The notes below the pieces were generated by a model. It was not told the DNA's origin. It was given only the letters and a program-made list of their open reading frames with translations, and searched no databases. DNA of 64,000 nucleotides, taken from Bacteroidales bacterium. Lineage in GTDB: Bacteria > Bacteroidota > Bacteroidia > Bacteroidales > Tenuifilaceae. The translations under genes and the position numbers were made by a program. Position 1 is the first letter of the stretch. Every line of letters starts with the position of its first letter. This document shows, piece after piece, positions 56,864 to 64,000 of this stretch. The stretch is from NCBI GenBank assembly GCA_046542995.1, contig JBKHAH010000003.1, forward strand, positions 15,566 to 79,565, given 5' to 3'.

Positions 56864-57703
56864 TTACTTTTTAATGTACGATTGCCCCATCTTTTCAAAT
56901 TTATTTGCCCATGGACCAAGGATGGTTTCATGCATGCCTAAGAGCAAAATGCCTTTTGTGTAAAGGTTTGAATGAAACAGGTCAAAAACTTTATTCTGTA
57001 ATGAGTAGTTAAAGTAAATAATCACATTCCTGCATAAAATCAGGTCAAACTTTGCAAAAAACAGGTTGCCATCCTTTACCAAATCGTGCTTTCTGAAAAT
57101 AGGCTTTTCAGTTAAAAAGCGTTTCATGGTAATGGTATCCTTTGATTTATCGATGTCAAAATATGTTTCGTAGGGAACATCGTTAAATTCTTCGTAATTA
57201 AGGGGGTTCTGCTTAATTACTTTATCAAAATTATCAAGATATCCAATGTTAAAACGATATTTGAACTCGCCTTTCTTTGCGGCCTCCAGAACGTCGGTGT
57301 TTAAATCGGAGGCAAATACCTTGGCCTTTTCAAACAGCCCCATCTCATTTAGAAGAATCATCATGGAATAAACCTCCTGCCCTGTTGAGCAGCCAGCATG
57401 CCATATGTTTATGTTCTTGTTGTTTTTAAACCTTGGGAGTATCCGTGATTTAAGCATATGCCATACTTGTGGATCGCGGAAAAGCTCAGTTGTATTAACG
57501 GTAATCTCTTTTACAATGCTTTCTGTAAAGATGGGGTTTGTTTTCATTGATGATATAAGACCAGCTATATCAAGGTTGAAGTCCGTGAGAACTTTCTGCA
57601 ACCTGCGCTTCAAGGACTTATCTGAATACTCGCTAAAATCGTATTTTGATGAGTTCTTTAAAGCAGATACAAAATACTGTAGATCCTGATCTGATATCAC
57701 CAT
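56864..57703 (-). CDS. cheR: CheR protein-glutamate O-methyltransferase (canonical motifs)
   Basis: 279 aa. TELFRDPQVW, INIWHAGCSTGQEVYSMMILL, LILCRNVIIYF. Confidence 0.9.
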   Translation of the reverse strand: MVISDQDLQYFVSALKNSSKYDFSEYSDKSLKRRLQKVLTDFNLDIAGLISSMKTNPIFTESIVKEITVNTTELFRDPQVWHMLKSRILPRFKNNKNINIWHAGCSTGQEVYSMMILLNEMGLFEKAKVFASDLNTDVLEAAKKGEFKYRFNIGYLDNFDKVIKQNPLNYEEFNDVPYETYFDIDKSKDTITMKRFLTEKPIFRKHDLVKDGNLFFAKFDLILCRNVIIYFNYSLQNKVFDLFHSNLYTKGILLLGMHETILGPWANKFEKMGQSYIKK

Positions 57704-57959
57704 AAAAAATTAATTACAAAACTTAAAATCTAACACATTATGGAGGTTAGCGAGCGCAATGTTGCAGATAACCCCTTTGGCAAAAGAAACAGATTCGATG
57801 GTTAAGTTTATATTTTAACTTGCTAAAAATATAAATACTTTGCTAATCCACAAAGGATATTGGGTAATTTTATTGGTTGCGTTACTTTTAGAAAAAGATA
57901 AAGATTATAACTGCTTTTTAAGTACGCATTTAAGCTCCTAACTTAAGGGTTTTCAATAA

Positions 57960-58739
57960 TTATAAGTTGCTTATTGATATTCCAAATACAAAAAAAATGT
58001 TCTCAGTATATGGGTTTACAATGAGCTTTCCGATGATTGGAAGCGAAAATTGTTCTGTAACCTGAAAGGTCTGGTTCATTGCCACCCCGCAGCTTACAAC
58101 ATTAAATGACTCAGCATAGTAGCCTTTGCTTGGGGTAAGGCCAATATGTACGTCAAAATGTTGATTCTTGTTTGGTTGCCACTCGTAGCCAGCTTCAATA
58201 TATGTTGAGTAGAAATTGGTATTATTAGCGGGGCTCAAATCATCACCATATAGTAATGATGACACCATGAAGCGTACAGGAAACTTCCCAGTGCCATCGT
58301 AGCTAGCTATGGCATCAATGGTGTGCTGGGTGGTTTGTTGCTTGAAATCGAAAAGCCGGTTAAACTTCAGCGTTTCGTCTGGGCAGAAGTAATCCAAAAC
58401 AGAAATTGAAAAGTTTCTCCATGTGTAGGATACGTATAGGTCGAGTTCGGAGTAGCTATTATTAATAGTATATGCGCCCCATGCGCCAATTTGGAAATTA
58501 CTTTTGCTAAGGTTTATGGTTGGTTGAATATTCCAGCTATCGCATGTTAGGGTGCCCCGCCAAATGTGACGGGTATAAAAATCTGCGCTAAGCGATATGC
58601 TTAGGCTATCGGTTGATGCAGGTATCTTCTCTGGTGGTTCAGCCAGTAATGAGTTATCCTTTTTTTTATCAAGAATAGCATAACCATGTAGTATTAAACC
58701 CAGCATTAAACAGGCTATGAGCGTTACTGTTTTGGACAT
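57960..58739 (-). CDS. Outer-membrane beta-barrel protein, porin-like, hypothetical
   Basis: Signal peptide MSKTVTLIACLMLGLILHGYA. Alternating amphipathic beta-strands with aromatic girdle residues. Longer ORF reaches 58778. Confidence 0.5.
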   Translation of the reverse strand: MSKTVTLIACLMLGLILHGYAILDKKKDNSLLAEPPEKIPASTDSLSISLSADFYTRHIWRGTLTCDSWNIQPTINLSKSNFQIGAWGAYTINNSYSELDLYVSYTWRNFSISVLDYFCPDETLKFNRLFDFKQQTTQHTIDAIASYDGTGKFPVRFMVSSLLYGDDLSPANNTNFYSTYIEAGYEWQPNKNQHFDVHIGLTPSKGYYAESFNVVSCGVAMNQTFQVTEQFSLPIIGKLIVNPYTENIFFVFGISISNL

Positions 58740-58941
58740 CCCTTGGTTTTTGCCGCAAAAGTAGTTTTTTCGAACCAAAATGGTACGCTTTTTTACATGT
58801 TATGCAACCTGTGGTTGATTGTAAAAAATCCTTATTTTAACTGCCCGTTCATCAAATTTCCAAAAAGTTTTATGGTAGAGCAATGCTTGCCAAAAAGTAT
58901 TTTATATCTATCTTTGGGCGAACTATTAAATTCGTATTGAA

Positions 58942-59643
58942 ATGAAGTTTGGTGTTGTCGTTTTTCCAGGATCGAATTGCGATCATGACATGATATACGT
59001 TCTGAGAACAATCATGGAGCAGGAGGTGATTGAACTTTGGCACAAGGATAAAGACTTGCAAGGAGTAGATGTTGTCGTCCTTCCTGGCGGTTTTTCTTAT
59101 GGCGACTATCTTCGATCTGGTGCTTTGGCCCGATTCTCCCCAATTATGGAGAAAGTAATTGAGTTTGCCCAAGCTGGTGGGTATGTTTTTGGCGTTTGTA
59201 ATGGTTTTCAGATTTTGTGTGAGGCGGAACTTCTACCTGGGGCACTGCTTCATAATAACAGCCAAAAGTTTGAGTGTAAGAATGTTTTTATATTGCCTGA
59301 TAGTAAAACTTCCGCATTAACTGCCTTTTTACCACGAGGAAGAGCATTGAAAATTCCCATTGCACATGGGGAAGGACGTTACTATGCAGATAAGGAGACG
59401 CTGGCAAACATGAGAATTAAAGGTCAGATTCTTTTCCGTTATTCTGATAGCAATGGAAGCATTTCGGAGAGCGTAAACCCCAACGGTTCGGTTGAAAATA
59501 TTGCAGGGGTGTGCAATGAGCAGTTCAATGTGTTTGGTATGATGCCCCATCCAGAGCGTGCTGCGGATGATGAGTTGGGCAATACGGATGGAAGCTTAAT
59601 ATTTGAATCGTTTATTCGCTTTATAAAAGAGAGAGTTAGTTAA
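58942..59643 (+). CDS. purQ: Phosphoribosylformylglycinamidine synthase, glutaminase subunit
   Basis: 233 aa. VVFPGSNCD, LPGGFSYGDYLR, GVCNGFQIL (Cys nucleophile), MMPHPER. Confidence 0.95.
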   Translation: MKFGVVVFPGSNCDHDMIYVLRTIMEQEVIELWHKDKDLQGVDVVVLPGGFSYGDYLRSGALARFSPIMEKVIEFAQAGGYVFGVCNGFQILCEAELLPGALLHNNSQKFECKNVFILPDSKTSALTAFLPRGRALKIPIAHGEGRYYADKETLANMRIKGQILFRYSDSNGSISESVNPNGSVENIAGVCNEQFNVFGMMPHPERAADDELGNTDGSLIFESFIRFIKERVS

Positions 59644-59648
59644 CTTAT

Positions 59649-60362
59649 TCAAAGTTCTCTTACATCCATGAGTACATCCCCGTAGTCTTGGGGATTATTT
59701 ATTATATGCATAAGCATGTTAGCCACATCCTTAGTATTAGAAAGGTGGTTCCCCGTTTTATAGTTGAGAAATTTTTCGAGATGAGGAAAATCTTTGGATG
59801 AAACGCTTCTGATCTCATCCTGCATTTTTGTGTCAACTACCCCTGGGGCAACGGCAAATACCCTTAGGTTAGAGTCGGCATTCTCCTGCTGCACAACTCG
59901 CGATAGCATATCTAAAGATGCTTTGGTGGAGCAATAGTTAGCCCAGCTTTCAACCGGTTTGCGCGCTGCGCCAGAACTAATATTAATTATTGTTTTTTCA
60001 GTATCGTTATTCTTGTATGCATTAAGAAAGAGGTTTGTTATAATAGTTGGGGCTATAGCATTTACCGTGTGGGTTTTTATGATATTCTCAGTATCTTGAC
60101 TCCCTATTGGCTTAACCTGCCCCAGCATACCAGCATTATTTATGAGTACGGCCTTGGAGGCATCCGCCTTAACAGGTAACTCTAGGCTCATTAGGTTCTC
60201 TGGGTTGCTGAAGTCCGAACTTATATGCTTATAGTTAGCATGATTAATTGTTTGGGTTCGTGAATAGCCAAATACAAAATTATCTTCATCCATAAGAGCA
60301 AGTTCGGCTATAGATTTACCAATGCCACGGCTTGTACCAGTAATATAGAATATGGTTTTCAT
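59649..60362 (-). CDS. SDR-family oxidoreductase
   Basis: TGTSRGIGKSIA cofactor motif, NNAG, and the catalytic YCSTK (YxxxK). Start at MKTIFYITG; longer ORF reaches 60383. Confidence 0.85.
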   Translation of the reverse strand: MKTIFYITGTSRGIGKSIAELALMDEDNFVFGYSRTQTINHANYKHISSDFSNPENLMSLELPVKADASKAVLINNAGMLGQVKPIGSQDTENIIKTHTVNAIAPTIITNLFLNAYKNNDTEKTIINISSGAARKPVESWANYCSTKASLDMLSRVVQQENADSNLRVFAVAPGVVDTKMQDEIRSVSSKDFPHLEKFLNYKTGNHLSNTKDVANMLMHIINNPQDYGDVLMDVREL

Positions 60363-60428
60363 GGTAATTGCTTTTTTCTTCAATTATTTAAAATTATGAA
60401 TGCATTAATTGGTTGCATTCTGTTTATT

Positions 60429-61517
60429 TTAAGCATGTTTGTCAACAAACTTGCTTTTTATCCATTTTGGGAAAATTATTGCACCAATAATAAGGTACGG
60501 ATAGTATGTTGCTAAGCGCCAAACCAGAGCCATAGCCACTGCAACAGCTCCTAAAATAGTAGGATCAACAGGAATGTACTCACCAAGATACCTTGTGAAA
60601 ACAAATTCAGCAAAACCGCTTCCCCCGGGAGTTGGGCTTACCAGCATCATAATCCACATTACAAGTTGACGTGCAAAGATGATTCCGTGATCGGAAATGG
60701 AAAAGAAAGCAAGTAACAATGCGTTAGCCACCCAGTAGCGGGACGTCCATGATAATGCTGTGGCCACAAACGATTTGAACCAAAAAGAGAAAGGCTTTGC
60801 TTTAAAATCTTTTGAGTTTTCAATAATTTCGCTACCGGCATCGTTTGCCCCATGTTTCCATCGCCTGAGAATTGGCAGTTTGAAAATCATTAGCATTAGC
60901 CATTTTAATCCTCTGGGATTAAAGAAAAGACCGTATGCTAAAACAACCACATAAAGAAATTTTAGGCTATACCCAATTAAGGCAAAGAGGAAAAGTTCAT
61001 TTGAGAATCCCATTGCTCCCTCTACACCTTCAATTCCGAAAAGAATGCTTGGTTTAACCATGATTAAAAGCAAAGGGAACATCAAAAGGAAGTAGAGCTC
61101 ATCAAGTAGCGATGTGGCCATTACAATGGCAGAGCTTCTCCCTACGCTAATCCCTTCCTTATTAACATATAGAATTGCTACGCTTGTCCCTCCAATGGCT
61201 GAGGGCGTTATGGCTGATGTGAATTCCCATAGCATTACCACCCTAAAGGCCTGCCTTAACGATAGCTTTCCCTCTGCTAAGATTAGCAGCCTGATTATAT
61301 ACCCCACGTCACGAAAGGCCATTAGCGCCAAAGCAACAATGAACCACAGGAAGCTCCACTTAGCCATTGTGATGTAGGTGAAAACCTCAGGATTAAATTC
61401 TCTGTAAAACATGTAGCCTACAACCCCAAGACCAATTAGTATTGGATACAACGCTCTGCTAAGCTTAATTTTGCTTAGTGGGTTGTCTGGATTTTCCTGC
61501 TTACGTTTTCTTCTCAT
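60429..61517 (-). CDS. Flippase-like / lysylphosphatidylglycerol-synthase-TM (UPF0104) family membrane protein
   Basis: 362 aa, about 8 TM helices, PTPGGSGFAEF motif typical of the family. Confidence 0.7.
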   Translation of the reverse strand: MRRKRKQENPDNPLSKIKLSRALYPILIGLGVVGYMFYREFNPEVFTYITMAKWSFLWFIVALALMAFRDVGYIIRLLILAEGKLSLRQAFRVVMLWEFTSAITPSAIGGTSVAILYVNKEGISVGRSSAIVMATSLLDELYFLLMFPLLLIMVKPSILFGIEGVEGAMGFSNELFLFALIGYSLKFLYVVVLAYGLFFNPRGLKWLMLMIFKLPILRRWKHGANDAGSEIIENSKDFKAKPFSFWFKSFVATALSWTSRYWVANALLLAFFSISDHGIIFARQLVMWIMMLVSPTPGGSGFAEFVFTRYLGEYIPVDPTILGAVAVAMALVWRLATYYPYLIIGAIIFPKWIKSKFVDKHA

Positions 61518-61707
61518 AATTTAGTACTACAAAATTAGCGAATAAGAAGCAAGAGGTTTCAACATAATAGGATTTAAGTGTTAATTTTTTATAAAAAAAT
61601 TGTAGCTTAGTGAAGAGTTTTAAAATAAACTTAATATCCGAACAAATGGATATTGGAATAGTTTACCTTAAGGTTTTGTTGCCCCAGAAATTTAAATTGA
61701 AAATAAT

Positions 61708-62325
61708 ATGGAACTTAAAACTGCTATTGAAAGAAGAACAAGCGTTAGACAGTTCTTACCCGACCCCGTGCCGGTAAGTGACCTGAAGGAAGTTTCAAGA
61801 TTAGCAAGCTTGGCCCCTAGCGTAAACAACTATCAACCCTGGAGATTCATAGCTATCACCAATAAGGATGTTTTGCATAAAATGGCAAGCATAGTAAGAG
61901 CAAGATTAGCAGCCATACCCGAGAATGGATCGAAGTATTCTTTGAACGTTAAGAAACAGGTCGATTTCTTCGCCACATTTTTTGAACATGCCCCTGCATT
62001 AATTGCCGTTTGTATGGAGAACTATGAAACAGTACTTGAGAAGGGTGTAACTTTATCGCATGAAGAAATTAATGAAATGAGAAACTCTCCAGATTTGCAA
62101 AGCACAGGTGCTTGCATACAGAACTTACTTTTAAGTGCGGTGGATTTGGGGTATGGAGCTTGCTGGATGAGCGCTCCAATGATTGCTAGTAATGAGTTAG
62201 AGGAGATGCTAGGTGTTTCGGAACCATTCAAACTGGTCTCCTTTGTAGCAGTTGGAAAATCCGCTAAGCCATATTCACCCAGAGATAAGAAACCTATTGG
62301 CGAGATGTTTAGGATTATTGATTAG
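61708..62325 (+). CDS. Nitroreductase-family protein
   Basis: 205 aa. RRTSVRQF, APS..N.QPWRF and GACWM motifs. Confidence 0.85.
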   Translation: MELKTAIERRTSVRQFLPDPVPVSDLKEVSRLASLAPSVNNYQPWRFIAITNKDVLHKMASIVRARLAAIPENGSKYSLNVKKQVDFFATFFEHAPALIAVCMENYETVLEKGVTLSHEEINEMRNSPDLQSTGACIQNLLLSAVDLGYGACWMSAPMIASNELEEMLGVSEPFKLVSFVAVGKSAKPYSPRDKKPIGEMFRIID

Positions 62326-62523
62326 GGAATGTAACCTAAGGTTAAGTTTTAAAAGGATAGGAAAGTATAGGCTGACAAGCTAGGATAATAAATTATACCC
62401 TTGGAGATTCCCAGCAATTACAAGGTTTATTAGTAAAAGGAACTACCACGATTGCAATACTCTTTTGGCGTTTAGACTGTTGAGTTTTTTACAATCGTGA
62501 TAGAATTAATAGAACTATTGGTT

Positions 62524-63204
62524 TTACTCTAGTTTAAAGGTCACCGGAAAGGTAAACTTCACCTTTGTTGGTTTGTTTCGTTGCTTACCAGGAGTCCATT
62601 GTGGTGAAGAGGAAACAATTCTTACAGCTTCCTTGTTAAGAAGAGGGTCTGCTCCTCTAATTATCTCAACGTTCCTTACAAAACCCTCCTCGTCAATTAT
62701 AAACTGAAGAAAAACTCTGCCCTGAATTCTGTTTTCAATAGCTAAATCAGGATACTTTACATTTTGAAAGACCCACTTGGCAAAATCGTTATGGTTGCCT
62801 CCCATAAAGGTTGGTTTTTCCTCAATGAGCATAAAGTCAATCACCTCATCAACATCCTCCTCCTCTTTAGTTTTGAGTAATTCAGGAATTATATCAACCC
62901 CAACATCTTTGAAAATATCAGGATTTTCAACAATATCCTCCGTGTCGTTTGAGTGGATGTTAATTACCTCAGCTACTTTTGGCAAAGGGGGAGGCGGCGG
63001 AGGCTTAATATCCTCAGGCTTGGTAATTGGAATTTCGTCGTAGGGGATTTCCCCGGTGTTGTCCAAAGGGACGTTAAAAGTTGCAATGCCTTTACTTGGC
63101 CATTCGAAAGCAGCCAGAACCGCAGCCAGAGCAATAATACACCCAATTTGAAAGAAGAGAAGCTTATGTCTCTCCAGGTCTGTTTTTTTGCTTTTTGTTT
63201 TCAT
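62524..63204 (-). CDS. tonB: Energy transducer TonB
   Basis: N-terminal anchor, Pro-rich spacer KPPPPPPLPK, C-terminal TonB_C (GRVFLQFIIDEEG...). Confidence 0.85.
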   Translation of the reverse strand: MKTKSKKTDLERHKLLFFQIGCIIALAAVLAAFEWPSKGIATFNVPLDNTGEIPYDEIPITKPEDIKPPPPPPLPKVAEVINIHSNDTEDIVENPDIFKDVGVDIIPELLKTKEEEDVDEVIDFMLIEEKPTFMGGNHNDFAKWVFQNVKYPDLAIENRIQGRVFLQFIIDEEGFVRNVEIIRGADPLLNKEAVRIVSSSPQWTPGKQRNKPTKVKFTFPVTFKLE

Positions 63205-63459
63205 GATTTTGGGTTTTTATGGGTTATTAAATATGGTTTTGGTATAGCTTTTTATAATATGATACACATGTAGGCGAAATTCCATAAATGATTATTTAAT
63301 TTTTAATTTATTGTTGTGATCAGTCGTAGCAATAAGCAAGTATTTAATGGATTAGATAGAATGTGGTTGTGAGAGAAATGTTAAAAATTAAACAACATTT
63401 TGAGTTAATTGTACTACTGGATAAAACGAATGATTAATTAAACTAAAACGATTTGCTTT

Positions 63460-64000
63460 ATGATTACAAAAATTAAACAGCAACTAAAACCAATTGCTTC
63501 ATCTAGGTTATTTCTTTCGTTATCTCTAATTATATCAATGGCCCTGCTAATGTTGTCATGCGAAACTGACGATATTCTCGGGTTAGAGGAAAATATGCAG
63601 ACCCTTAGCGGTAGCTATGATGATGAGCTTATATTGAAGAACATTTTTGACGATCCTGCCAAGGTCGATTATACCGTAAGCGGCGACATGGTAGTAAATG
63701 ACAAGCTAATTATTGAGGCGGGTGTTAGAATAGAGTTTGAGGAGGATTTAGAACTCCAAATATCAGCTGACGGGGTAATAATTGCAGAAGGAACCGAAAG
63801 TGATATGATTACTTTTACAACGGCTAATAGTGAGGCTGGAAAATATTGGAAAGGTTTACGAATAAAAAGTTCCGACCAGCGTAATATGCTTGAGCATGTA
63901 AAAATTGAATTTGCTGGCAATTCAAACATGAACTTGGGACCATACAGTTCACAAAATCGCCAGACAAACGTGGGGGTAGATGACGACGCTGCCTTAACCA
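63460..64000 (+). CDS. Lipoprotein, partial (runs off the window); beta-helix-like N-terminal region
   Basis: My own translation from ATG 63460 is MITKIKQQLKPIASSRLFLSLSLIISMALLMLSCETDD..., with a lipobox LSC. It is open to the window end and absent from the ORF track because no stop is present. Confidence 0.5.
   Translation, partial: MITKIKQQLKPIASSRLFLSLSLIISMALLMLSCETDDILGLEENMQTLSGSYDDELILKNIFDDPAKVDYTVSGDMVVNDKLIIEAGVRIEFEEDLELQISADGVIIAEGTESDMITFTTANSEAGKYWKGLRIKSSDQRNMLEHVKIEFAGNSNMNLGPYSSQNRQTNVGVDDDAALT

Noticed and set aside
58779-58941. Possible ZTP/purine riboswitch upstream of purQ
   Set aside because: I looked for the conserved ZTP (pfl) cores (GGGTCGTGAC...CCGCCTGGGC) and the purine-riboswitch loops and found neither.
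58870-59172. 100-aa minus-strand ORF overlapping the purQ start
   Set aside because: It is antisense to the confidently identified purQ N-terminus.
62401-62523. Inverted repeat CACGATTG / CAATCGTG between the nitroreductase and tonB genes
   Set aside because: The stem is only 8 bp with a roughly 33-nt loop and no U-tract, which is too weak to call a terminator or regulatory element.
1-64000. CRISPR arrays, rRNA genes, IS elements and large tandem repeats
   Set aside because: Visual scanning of the intergenic regions (all under 290 nt) found no repeat-spacer periodicity, no rRNA-like conserved blocks and no transposase-like ORFs. A computational repeat search was not possible.

Overview
This window reads as a Bacteroidota-like chromosomal segment. 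The evidence is TAnnTTTG-type -7 promoter boxes, weak or absent Shine-Dalgarno use, an sdhCAB-type fumarate reductase, TonB/OM-barrel genes and many lipoproteins. I call 57 protein-coding genes and 2 tRNAs (Leu-CAA, Asn-GTT). I recognised no rRNA, CRISPR array, transposase or integrase.

Most of the window is housekeeping:
- glyQS, wecB, kbl, dusB and sdhCAB
- a ctp-type S41 protease, dCMP deaminase and dxs
- frr-pyrH and tsf-rpsB-rpsI-rplM
- mpg, adenosine kinase, purQ and tonB

The stand-out region is a 13.7-kb, 11-gene co-directional minus-strand operon at 44027-57703.
- It contains two CheR methyltransferases and a receiver-less CheB methylesterase, with no CheA, CheW, CheY or MCP in the window.
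- These are interleaved with three paralogous GAF-module proteins: one Cache/HAMP-GAF-PAS sensor with no output domain, one GAF-only membrane protein, and one GAF-PAS-PP2C phosphatase.
- They are followed by a SiaB-like kinase and a SiaC-like (DUF1987) phosphoprotein, with no SiaD or GGDEF partner.
- The operon ends with a 1031-aa TerB-like/ABC exporter and two secreted proteins.
- Both large sensors carry a perfect MCP-type methylation consensus (EEXXAT) in an E/Q-rich coiled coil just after the GAF domain.

My hypothesis is a chemotaxis-independent, methylation-adapted partner-switch pathway.

All calls rest on motif recognition by eye; no database search was run. CDS coordinates derive from the ORF track. 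Coordinates of small intergenic features may be off by 1-2 nt.
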